A stretch of 40,000 nt of DNA, taken from NCBI GenBank assembly GCA_965644495.1, contig CBFFSA010000064.1, positions 1-40,000 of the forward strand. The letters are read 5' to 3'. A program made the translations under genes and the position numbers. Position 1 is the first letter of the stretch; each line of letters starts with the position of its first letter. The stretch comes from Perkinsela sp. CCAP 1560/9 (Eukaryota; Protista; Euglenozoa: Kinetoplastea). Of the stretch, positions 1 through 10,163 are shown in pieces. The notes under the pieces were generated by a model. The model saw nothing but the letters and a program-made list of their open reading frames with translations, was not told the DNA's origin and ran no database searches.

Positions 1-706
1 CCTCTTTCTTCCTCTTTCTTCCTCTTTCTTCCTCTTTCTTCCTCTTTCTTCCTCTTTCTTCCTCTTTCTTCCTCTTTCTTCCTCTTTCTTCCTCTTTCTT
101 CCTCTTTCTTCCTCTTTCTTCCTCTTTCTTCCTCTTTCTTCCTCTTTCTTCCTCTTTCTTCCTCTTTCTTCCTCTTTCTTCCTCTTTCTTCCTCTTTCTT
201 CCTCTTTCTTCCTCTTTCTTCCTCTTTCTTCCTCTTTCTTCCTCTTTCTTCCTCTTTCTTCCTCTTTCTTCCTCTTTCTTCCTCTTTCTTCCTCTTTCTT
301 CCTCTTTCTTCCTCTTTCTTCCTCTTTCTTCCTCTTTCTTCCTCTTTCTTCCTCTTTCTTCCTCTTTCTTCCTCTTTCTTCCTCTTTCTTCCTCTTTCTT
401 CCTCTTTCTTCCTCTTTCTTCCTCTTTCTTCCTCTTTCTTCCTCTTTCTTCCTCTTTCTTCCTCTTTCTTCCTCTTTCTTCCTCTTTCTTCCTCTTTCTT
501 CCTCTTTCTTCCTCTTTCTTCCTCTTTCTTCCTCTTTCTTCCTCTTTCTTCCTCTTTCTTCCTCTTTCTTCCTCTTTCTTCCTCTTTCTTCCTCTTTCTT
601 CCTCTTTCTTCCTCTTTCTTCCTCTTTCTTCCTCTTTCTTCCTCTTTCTTCCTCTTTCTTCCTCTTTCTTCCTCTTTCTTCCTCTTTCTTCCTCTTTCTT
701 CCTCTT
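1..706. repeat. Perfect 10-bp tandem satellite (CCTCTTTCTT)n, ~70 copies, running off the window start; possibly telomeric or an expanded LINE tail
   Basis: Directly visible. The top strand is all pyrimidine, and the repeat degenerates only at 701-713. Confidence 0.97.
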
Positions 707-713
707 CCTCCTG

Positions 714-1043
714 TAGTACAACCCTGGCACATGGAATGTCAATCGGGCAGAACTTCACGATATTCAAGTTCAAGTAAATAGAATGCGCAGAATTGTATTT
801 GGCGTAAAAAATGCTTGTGACTCTCATCTCAGAACGGAATCGCTTTATCCTACTGACTTAAAACCGGAAACAGTAATTAAGACACAGAGAGCTTCCTTAA
901 TAGGGCATCTTGTGCGCCATCCTACACCGTTTACTACAGCAGTACTATGGAGAACAAATGATGAGGCCTCTAAACCAACATTGTCCGAACGGTGTGCCCA
1001 CGAACTACACTCTGATGTTACTGAAATTACTTACTACTTACTA
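714..1043 (+). pseudogene. Inverted C-terminal (post-RT) segment of the LINE
   Basis: Reads YNPGTWNVNRAELHDIQVQVNRMRRIVFG...LIGHLVRH, the expected continuation of KIRLFDCFVYPI. Bounded by TAGTA (714-718) and TACTA (1039-1043). Confidence 0.8.
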
Positions 1044-2530
1044 AATAGGATAGACGAAGCAGTCAAACAGGCGTATTTTCATAGCAGCACTCAGAGGAGA
1101 AGCCCAAATGCCACTGAGTTTACGAAATGCTGCCCATGCGAGCCTTAACCTGTCCTTGATGGGGGATGATGCTGTAGCATCTTGAAGATGACCAAGATGC
1201 CGGTAGGAATCCACAAGAGGAATCTTGCCAAGCGATCGTGCTCGAAGTTCTCGCGTCCCCCCCGGAACTTTCCCAAAGGCCATCCACGCAGTCTTGGTTT
1301 TCCCCACGGCAATCCTCAGATTAGCTGGTTTTGCCTCATTTGCCGTAGCTTCGATCATTTGCGATATTTCATGTTTCGTGGAAGCTAAAAGTGTTATGTC
1401 GTCTGCGTAGTCGATGTCCTTTAGTCTAAATTCTTGAATTCCCCTTTCGTCCCTTTCGTCCCGCTGCTCCTTAGAAGAATCCCGAGCGGCTTGTTATCGA
1501 GTGCTTTGTTCAGAATCCTATCGATTACAAGCACAAAGGAGCAAGCACGTCCCCTTGAAGAATTCCTGTTTCAATGGGAAAAGAATCCGTATTTCCGTAT
1601 GGTGTGCGGACTATTCCTTTTAAATCCGAGTACAAGGACATTACCATCCTAGTAAGCGCTGGTCCGACATGAAAGGCATTCAATGCAGCACGGATCGCAT
1701 GAAAGGATACTGAGGGAAATGCTTTTGCGAAGTCCATAAATGCCACTGCAATGCCACTGCAATGCCTTTCTTGCCCCTGGTTGCACGAACTCTTGCATCA
1801 TTCAAAATGATTTGCGCCCCTACCGTGGACCTTTCTGGCCGAAAACCAAATTGACTGTCGCGTAGGAGCGGCTCGATGGATGGTCTGATTCTTTTCAGGA
1901 TCATTGCATTCATCAATTTAACCGCACTGTTCACGAGACAGATTGGCCGCCAATTCGCTACTTGTGTCAGGTCGCCTTTTTTTGGAATAGGCACCTGAAG
2001 GACAATTTTCCAGGATGCAGGCGAAACCCCTGTTCGATGAACCTCGTTTATAATATGTAATAAGGATTTTCTCAGTTCAGCATGTTCTGTGATCATTCTG
2101 AGTGCATCCGCCGGAATTTGGTCTATTCCAGGTACCTTGTTTCGCGCTAGTCTACTGATGCCGTCCTCGAGCTCTTCTACAGTGAAACTTTCATCGTTGA
2201 TTGGTACTTTCGGGCTGACTACTTCGTCAAATTTTATATCTTTATCTCCGCGATCATCGGACCCCACACGAGCAAAGAAATCTTTAACAATGTTAAGAGT
2301 TTCCCTTGTCGACGAGGTCTCGATGCAAAGAGTCTCCCTGTACAAACCGCAAATTCTACGTAGCGTACGCCACGGATTAGAACGGTTTCGCCGCAGACCT
2401 GCTTCAATTTCGGCGCATTCTTGCCCAATCTGCGCCTCAATTTCTTCTCCATGCTCTTTTAGCACTTCCTTGAAGTGGTCCGGTTTTCGACTCTGAAGAA
2501 ATAAGTCGCGAAACCCTGAGATGCGCGGTG
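1041..2530 (-). pseudogene. Reverse transcriptase domain of the LINE (frameshifted)
   Basis: ORFs 1680..2756, 1525..1746 and 1041..1358 carry successive RT motifs, with YADD between the last two. Confidence 0.9.
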
Positions 2531-4321
2531 TTTCTGTACCCGGTGTGTTTTCTGTACCGCGGTGTGTTTCTGTACCGCGGTGTGTTTTCTGTCCCTGTAG
2601 GTGCGTTGTTCGTTTTTGGGGTTCGGTCCTTTTTTGAGAGTCTTTTCGCTGTGTGTACCATATTTTCCGATAAGTGTTCCCATGTGATCTCTTCCTCTTT
2701 CTTCGCCATTTCCCACACTGCTTGCTGGAAGGATGCCTTCTTCTCTTCATCTCCAAGTCTTGGCCAGGGTACCTTGCTTTGCCCCCCTGTACCTTTAGAA
2801 CGCCACTTGATTTTCACATCCGCCATAACGACGCAGTGTACTGTAGGCACTGGCGCCTTGAGTACTTTGTGCCTCCTAATGCTGGAGGCAAAGCGCTCAC
2901 TGACCATGATGTGGTCAAGCTGTCTCCGCACCTTGTTGTCCCCACGCCTTTTGCTACCTCCCTTGTTGCCGACATCTCCTTTTACATGTATGTACTCGCA
3001 GGCCTTGTCCCCATTTTCCTCTCCTTCCCTGCCCCTCTTCACCATACCGTTGTTATCCGTCCCCTCTGGCTCTGATCCTTTCCTTCCCAGTTCCACCTTT
3101 CCTTCTTCCCCCTTCTGCCCCTTCTCTGTTCCTACGTTGCGACGGTACTTTGTCTCCGCCCTCCTGCCCGGCAGCTCACATATCCATTTCCTCTTGCTCG
3201 GGCAGAGGGTGTATGCTGACTTACAGCCGATGGAGAACAAGAGGCCTTTCAGCTGAGAGACCGCTGGGGGATCCATGCTCGGATTTGTCACGAGCGTTAT
3301 CGGTGCATTGAAATCCCCCATGACCAATAAAGGTCTTCGTTTCCGTTCAGCCTTGACCTCACGACACGCCTTGTCCAAGTCACCCAGAAATGCCGCATGA
3401 ACGGCTTCTGAGGAGTCCCATATTGGGGCATAGACATTGAACAAAGTGCCGGTCCCCTCCTCCAGGGGATACCCAGCTCCCATCACCCTGTTGCTCGCCA
3501 TCCAAACCTTCCGAAACGCATGCCGGCTCACTATGGCCATGCCATTATATGAATCGCGTGCGGCGGCCGACTGCAAATACAGGTGAAACCTCTCCCCTAG
3601 GTTTTCAACCTGCCTGTAGAGGATTCCATGCTCATGGCCTTCCTTCGAGAAATTGTATCTGGTCTCCTGCACCAACCCCCCTTACCTGCATGAAAGCAAG
3701 CACCTCGTTCAAACGGGTGCATCTTCGAAGAGAGAATTCATCTTCCCCCTCGAGTTTTAACGTCGTAACGTTAAGCGTTGCAACGGTTGTGTCCTCCTTC
3801 ACAGCGGAACCTTTGAGGTTCTCCGAATCTCGTTGGGCGTGTGTGCCACGCGACGCCCAGTGTGACCGAGGGCGGTGACGGGAGCTCCTTCGTTTTGCCT
3901 TTGCCGGGTTACTCACCTGCACCGCGCAGGGCACGACACCTGTATTCGGTAAGGGGGGAAAGGGGAGAGTCGTGTGCGGCCTCGCCGCGTACCGAACACG
4001 AAATGTACCGGCCAAAGGTTCACCTCGAGTTACCGAGGATCCCCCCTGAGTATGCCAGCCTACGCTTTTAAGATAAGCCGGCCCCTCACACACGACTTCG
4101 CCCTCCCAAACAAACAAAGTCTCGCAACAGTTGTGTCTCCACGCGACGCGAAGATGAGCCCCAACGCGGACAAACTTACAGAGCGCCCGCACCGCCCTCT
4201 GGCGGAGTTTAGCAGGCCCCTCTCGCTCGGGCGAACGAAAGATGACCCCCCGACCACGCTTGGTCCGTGTAAGGGTTTCAAAAACCTCTGTCCCCTTACA
4301 CGTGCCGGAAGCATCCGCCAT
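2437..4321 (-). pseudogene. N-terminal domain and APE endonuclease of the LINE (frameshift near 3675)
   Basis: ORFs 3632..4321 and 2437..3675 with TLNV/QETR/YAP/GDFNA/LDH motifs. Confidence 0.9.
2528..2595. repeat. ~18-bp tandem repeat (GGTGTGTTTCTGTACCGC, 3-4 copies) in the APE-RT linker
   Basis: Visible direct repeats coinciding with a frame change. Confidence 0.8.
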
Positions 4322-4336
4322 GTTTTTATAATTAGA

Positions 4337-4515
4337 TTACAAAAAACGATGGTCTTACAAAAAGCGATGGTCTTACAAAAAACGATGGTCTTACAAAAAA
4401 CGATGATCTTACAAAAAACGATGGTCTTACAAAAAACGATGGTCTTACAAAAAACGATGGTCTTACAAAAAACGATGGTCTTACAAAAAACGATGGTCTT
4501 ACAAAAAACGATGGT
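4337..4515 (-). repeat. 18-bp tandem repeat (TTACAAAAAACGATGGTC, ~10 copies) forming the LINE 5' end
   Basis: Directly upstream of the minus-strand ATG at 4321. A related 18-mer precedes the second LINE at 7116-7166. Confidence 0.9.
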
Positions 4516-4517
4516 AT

Positions 4518-6154
4518 TGCGTAAGGCCTTCTTTCGTCTCTGGGATCTTCTGGCTGGAAAGAATGTGAAACTAGCGAACCATAAATGCGTATGGTTTGAG
4601 GGAAAAAGCGGGATCGAAAGACCAGAAGAACTTCGGTTGGCGCAGGTACGTACGGAAAAGGAAGCCATAAAAACATTAGGCGCGTATATCGGCGAAGACT
4701 CAAAGGTTAGTGATCTCCTTCTCCAAAAACTGAGCAAGCATAAAACGATCTTTGCCCGATTAAAAAAATGGGAGCTAACAATGTTTCGTCGCTCATCCTA
4801 TCGAAATGCGTTAATATTCGACACCTTTTTCACATAAGGGCACACACACCGGAATCCACTTCAAAGTTGGCATGGGACTTCGACGTGGAGGTTGAAAAAG
4901 TCATATCGTACTGGTTCGGAAAACTTAGCAAGAAACAGATGGCATGGGCCAGATTGCCTTTGAAGATGGGGGGTTTTGGATTAACTTCCACGTATGCACT
5001 TCGTGAGGCCGCATATGCTTCTTCGCGACATGCAGCTTTCGAGCGCCGAACAGTCTATTCAGCTCAAGCTGCAGGTTGTGGTAGCACTTCTGAGGATCAC
5101 TCCGTGCCGGACGAGGAAGCAGCGATTGCAGCGAAAATAAACGCGGACGTTAAGGAAGACTTGTGCAAGGATCCGATAATCGCTCGGATTATGGCTTCAA
5201 CCACGAAAAAGGGTAGCTATCAATGGTTACATGCGACAGAAAGATACCTTCCAACGGCTCAATACACACTTTCCGTTATGCCGAGATTAGGATTGAGTCA
5301 TCCCAAGATACCATCCTCGATTTTGTATCCCGGATGTAAAACAGTCTTGAACTCTACCACGGCGTTGAAACATATTCCGGGTTGCGTACGGTGCTCGGGG
5401 GTAAACTCAACGGTTAAGCATCATTCGTTGGCGCGCTATATATATAAACTATGTAACAAAGCAGGCATACCATGTGCACGAGAACCGAGAGAGTTTTCTT
5501 CTTTTGTATGCTCATCATGTTCATCAGTCATTTCCGAGGAAAACAAAACAGAACATTCCAGATTATGCAACGGCGCAGCTATGCATCGATCTGGCCCGGA
5601 CTTGGTAATATATTGGGCTACGGGGGCAATATACTATGACATAACGGTTGTACATGAATTATCACCGTCCATTGCGAAAATTACCACACAGAAAGCTGTA
5701 AGAGACGCAATCAACCGGAAAGAAACGAAATACGTAACGTCAAACATGCTAACCAAGGAGCAGTTCCAATGCTTACCAATATTATCCTGCGGAGCGCTAC
5801 ACGCGAACACGAAGAATCTAATTAAGGCACTAGCTGAGAGTACTCGGCAAGAACCGGCCTCTGTAAATAGAGATTTCACGCTTCATCAGCAGGAGCTGAA
5901 CGGGGCCATATGTCTATCCCAACTGCGCGCATACCTGCGAGATGCAAACGAAGAGCTAGGTTTTTAGCAGGATTTGGTAGGGTCTCAGGAACTTTATGCA
6001 GGTAAAATGTTATAAAGGAAGAACAAGTGATTCTTAAACAATCAATATGATAGGGAGACAGACTTAAAGGGAAACGAAGTCTATGCCTACATGCATAGCT
6101 ATTTACCTTATTTCTTAAAAAAAAAGATTAAAAAAAAAAATTAATAAAAACAAA
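4518..6154 (+). mobile_element. 5'-truncated RLE-type (CRE-clade-like) retrotransposon: end of RT, thumb, CCHC knuckle, RLE, 3' UTR and A-rich tail
   Basis: IKTLGAYIG, ARLPLKMGGFGL, (Y)PGC..H..GC, KHH, EPR, GPD..YYDIT, RKETKY. Stop at 5967, A-runs at 6117-6154, frameshift in the A7 run near 4762-4768. Confidence 0.88.
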
Positions 6155-7115
6155 GGTAGAGGTGTCTAGTTTGGTGTGAATTTGTTATCGCATTGGACGT
6201 TTCTGTGAAACAGACAGTGACACATGTGCTGCGCTGTTTAAATCAGCTTGTGAGCATCAAAGCCACAACGCTCGAGAAACACACATGCACTCATCTCCTT
6301 TTTCGTTTGGCATTTGCCACGTTTTTCAGTTTTTTGTTCTAAAAGTGACGTTCGATTTGGGGTGGTGTGGATCGCGCTTTGGAGCCAGGAAGTCGTGCGA
6401 GGCTGTCGGCTATCCGAACGGCGGCTTCTCGAATCTTGTCCCGCTGGGAGGTGCAGAAAGGCATCGGAGAGATGAAAACAAATCAAGCACGATTAGATTC
6501 ATACGGACGAATTCTTAGCTGGAGAGAATGGTGGAAAACTGTTCACTCGATCTTGATCAGTTCCTTGTGGTAGAGACTCGGAAGGCGTCTATACCCAAGT
6601 GGTTAAGGGGCCTGACTTGAAATCAGGTGTGTTCTCACGCGCAGGTTCAAACCCTGCTGGGCGCGTTTTCCTTCCACAAGCGTTGTCAAATCATATTCAG
6701 CGCGGGATACCAACTACGCCCGCACCGCTCTTCTTCTCTCTTCTTCTTCTTCTATTCCGCGCGGAGTTTTTTTGAAAAGGTGGGATGCCCAGCGGCGCGG
6801 CACCCGTCGTGGGAACGCACGCTCCGCATAAAAGACGTTGTTCTGAATCTCGAGGCGGTTTTACCCACAGAAGCTGCATTCGCAGGCCTTTCAGTGCAAT
6901 TTTCGCCGGGACAGCCCACAGAAAACACCCTTTACCTGAGAGAGGTGCATTTGGGAACGTGAATACGAAACGAGCGAACAGATCACCCGTCCACAAAATC
7001 GTGGAGCATCGAGTGTCGCCGAGTAAATTGAAAGGTGTGATGGAGAAACAGGCGGAATGAGGTGGAATACAATGGTGTGCTGCATGGCGAGGTTGTGGTG
7101 TTTGTTTGCGCTGTT
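6155..7115. repeat. Single monomer of the ancestral tRNA-Ser repeat unit (lacks ~185 bp found in array copies)
   Basis: Near-identical to blocks 16161-16874 and 17887-18712. In the array the monomer end (GCTGTT) joins its start (GGTAGAGG) through GGG at ~16530. Confidence 0.85.
6585..6665 (+). tRNA. tRNA-Ser-TGA: tRNA-Ser(UGA), apparently intact
   Basis: Acceptor GCGTCTA/TGGGCGC with G discriminator, D arm CCC-AAGTGGTTAA-GGG, anticodon arm CCTGA-CTTGAAA-TCAGG, long variable arm, T arm GCAGG-TTCAAAC-CCTGC, followed by TTTT. Confidence 0.92.
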
Positions 7116-8108
7116 CAAGTTTTTTGTAAAGATCAAGTTTTTTGTAAAGATCAAGTTTTTTGTAAATTTATTTGCAAAATGGCGGATGCTTCCGGTACAC
7201 GCATGCCCACTGCTATTATGAATCTTCTTGCGTGTTCCAAGCTTGATCGGGGGATTCTTTTCCGTCCTGCGAAGGGTGGAACGAAATCTGCTAAACTCCG
7301 CGCGAGGTCGTTAGGACACATTATGCGACTGCTTTGTTTAGGCGCTAAGCTTGCGGTGGTTTGGAGGTACGCGGATTCATCGAACTACAGTGTGTGGGAG
7401 GGGGTAGTAGAGAGTTGGGTGCCGAGCCTCTGGCGTGTTCGCTCCGCTAAGTGTTCGCGATTTACGCTTCCGTTCCCTCCATGTAGTCCTCACATCGTCC
7501 TCTGTGCTGCTCGGGTTTGTGCGCCTAAGCGTAGACGACGTTTCAAAAAGCGCTCTCGCAAATACAGGGCACAGTCTGGCAAACGTGCTCTCCGTGACTT
7601 GGTGGGCCCTGGGGGCCCCGCTGTGAAGAAAATGTTGAGTGTGGGAACCTTGAACGTGACTACTCTTAAGCTGAAAGGTGAAGACGAGTTTAGCCTACGA
7701 AAGTGCGGACACCTTTGCGAAGTACTTGCCTTCATTGGTCTGAAGGGAATAAATATTCTGGGCCTGCAGGAAACGCGATTCAGATTCCCATCTTCTGAAA
7801 AGTCGGATGTCCTTCACCGCAAAGTACAATATCGGAACGCAGATACAATGGAATGGGATTCGTCAGCACTTTTCCCTTGTCTAAGGTATCTAAAATCAGT
7901 GAAAGGATTATGTCGGGTGAATTTGAGATGGAGGAAGGAGTCGCAACAGTTATTAACGTATATTCTCCTACACGCGATTCTAAGGACGTCGAGGTTACGG
8001 AGTTCTACGGAGAACTCGAACGTTGCTGCTTGAGAATAAGGGAAAGCAACCCGCGTCGCCCATTAATTGTACTGGGCGACTTTAATGCACCTTTGAAACA
8101 TATAACAA
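7116..8108 (+). mobile_element. 5' part of a second APE-RT LINE (18-bp repeats, MADASGT start at 7179, APE N-half), interrupted
   Basis: CAAGTTTTTTGTAAAGAT about three times; TLNVTTLKLKGEDEFSLR matches LINE 1; LQETR, NVYSP, GDFNAP; frameshift near 7850. Confidence 0.88.
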
Positions 8109-8115
8109 ATTTATA

Positions 8116-8226
8116 CTTTTTTAGGCTCTTCGTTAAACGCGGTGGTTGCTTTCAACTTAGAAGTCACTCATGCTGCGCGCTTCGCGTTGAAAACTACCGC
8201 CGCGTTTAACGAAGAGCCTAAAAAAG
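8116..8226. repeat. Inverted repeat with ~41-bp arms (27 bp perfect)
   Basis: CTTTTTTAGGCTCTTCGTTAAACGCGG at 8116-8142 and its reverse complement at 8200-8226. Confidence 0.85.
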
Positions 8227-8811
8227 AAAATTTAGCCTGGAAAACGGAAAGATTATAGCCAAAAATAGCCGAATTTCGGGTAAAAATGGGGTTATTTTCG
8301 CATATTTTTGCTCTCAGAGCACTAAATCCGACATTTGCGCGTGGGAAATCACTCGCAGGCATGAATGAAAGCCTACCGAACGTATTGGGTAGAGAATGCG
8401 ACTCCAACCATACCATTCTTTCGACACAAAAATGCCCCTTTAGGTCCGAAAAATACTTTTTCACCTTTTTTAGTCAAAAATGGGTCATTTTGGGGGGCGC
8501 ACCACAGTTCGAAGAAGGGATACCTTGCGAAAACAACTGCGTAGAAAGCTAGTGTAGGTCTCAAACTATCAAAATACAATAGGGGAAACGATTTTGGAAA
8601 AATATTTTTTTTGTCATTTTTTTCGCCAAGTTGAAATTTTTTTCAAAAGCTTTTTTCCGAAAAAATCCGAACTTGGCGCACCCGTCCTGCGGATACGCGG
8701 GGGGGGGTCACCCCCGGGTAGGGGGGTGGAAAATGCGCGCCAAGACCCCGGCTACCCTTTCTGCGGTTTTTTTTCGAAAACTAATTTTTTCGAAAAAATT
8801 TGCTCAACCAT

Positions 8812-8886
8812 GCCCCCCCCCCCTGGACCCCCCACCTGGACCCCCCCCCTGGACCACCCCCCTGGACCCCCCCCATGGACCCCCCA
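8812..8886. repeat. C-run/TGGA minisatellite, G-quadruplex-capable on the minus strand
   Basis: About five copies of C-run + TGGA. Confidence 0.7.
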
Positions 8887-9182
8887 TTTTTTTCAATTTT
8901 TTTTTTCAGTTTTGGACCACCGGAGCCCCCTTTTATATTTTTTTCTTCTATTATATTACTGTGTTCCCCTTTATATTTTCACTGTTTTTGTTCACTTTTT
9001 TTTCAATAATCGAGTGTAGAGCGGTAGTTTTACAACCACCGCAATAAGGATCTAGATCCCATTGCGGCCGCCCGTCTTAAAGGACTTTCTTGTTCTATAG
9101 ATTGTAAGTCTGCGCACAGTCTTTAGTCGGAAATGGACATGCGAATTACCAAACAAAGCTTTAAGGCAGTTAGATCACATAT

Positions 9183-10160
9183 TTAGCACACTTCATCGTC
9201 CAGTAGAAGTCGTAGCACGTTGTCAGTCGTTCCCGTTGGGCATGGGCTGACTCCCTTCGCTAGCCTTCGACCTGCTGCACGCAGCTCCTCTGGAGAGACC
9301 CCGGCAATGATTGGCGCGTTATCTGGCAGTTTGAAGTCACATGTTTGTTCAGGGTGAAGCATTCGCAATTTTTCCAGCGTTTCGGCGTCGGACAGCTTGT
9401 TGCGGGTGAAGGTCTGACCCATGACCTTGGCCGCTTTAGTGGAGCACCCCTCAAGCACGAGTCTTGTCGCTTTCTTTACTGCTCGCACGTCATCGTCAGT
9501 TGTCTTTGCCTCTTCTGATGAGCCGTCCTGCGGGCTCGTGTGCTCCTTGTGTGGTTTCCGCCGTCGTTGTCGTCCGCTAGAGCTTCGAATTGTTGCCAGA
9601 GAGACTTTCATAGCTGAAAGTGTTTGATTCCAGATTTTGTGGCGCCCAGCGTAGTCGCTTTTTTCATAGGCGAACATAATATCCCGGTACACCGCAACTA
9701 CGCACGGCACAAACTCAGGGGAGAAGCTGCGCGCCGTTGGCACTGGTAGGTGGTCTACGTCTTCGTCAGGAGCTGTTTGTTGGGTGCTTCCCAACAAAGG
9801 GCGGAGGTGGCGGAGTGGCAAGAATTCAAAGTTTGAAGCACATGGTGCTCAGACGGCGAGTTCAAACCCGCTCATCGCAATATTCCTGGCGGCCTCACTC
9901 TAAAAGGCTGGGCTGATAACCGACTAGGCCCAGTACTCGGAGGACCGTCCCGGACCCTCCCCTCAGGGAACCAGCTCCCTTACCCGACTTACACCTCTTG
10001 GGTAAGCCGTGTTGACGTACAATTCGTCGACGCAGCGTGTTGGCAACAGCACGTTGGTGCCGACTTGGACAAGCGGAAACCGGTAGAGGACGTCGGCCTC
10101 GGAACTTCCAAATCTGTCTGTGAAGGGTCTGGCTTGCCAGTGACCATCCGGAGCAATCCG
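9183..10160 (-). pseudogene. Fragment of a CRE-like element, region just N-terminal to the RT
   Basis: RAVKKATRLVLEG..KAAKV, TLEKLRMLHP and GVSPCPTG resemble the pre-RT 'L..LHP ... sPGpsG' segment of RLE elements; truncated. Confidence 0.6.
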
Positions 10161-10163
10161 GAA

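Larger units (their letters stand above)
714..4515 (-). mobile_element. Near full-length, inactivated APE-RT non-LTR retrotransposon (RTE-like); its distal 714-1043 segment is inverted
   Basis: Minus-strand ORF pieces in order: MADASGT start (4321); APE motifs TLNV, VQETR, NVYAP, GDFNA, LDHIMVS; RT motifs PGIDQI, PKKGD..NWRPICL, QFGFRP, FMDFAKAF, LQGDVLAP, YADD (~1398-1409), YRHLG, AWAAF..KIRLF. Several frameshifts. Confidence 0.9.

Noticed and set aside
1039-1043. In-frame TAG as evidence of stop-codon reassignment
   Set aside because: It sits at an inversion breakpoint, and TAG/TAA terminate the RLE ORFs at equivalent C-terminal positions.
2692-2704. Internal CCTCTTTCTT matches (also 12720-12729) as a telomerase-like template
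   Set aside because: Single units inside Lys/Glu-rich coding sequence, plausible by chance.
3974-4515. (MVLQKT)n repeat protein
   Set aside because: Artefact of the 18-bp LINE 5' repeat; only the part after ~4518 is real RT sequence.
6285-7060. Short ORFs in the tRNA monomer as host genes
   Set aside because: No recognisable domains, overlapping frames and overlap with the tRNA; a decayed coding origin cannot be excluded.
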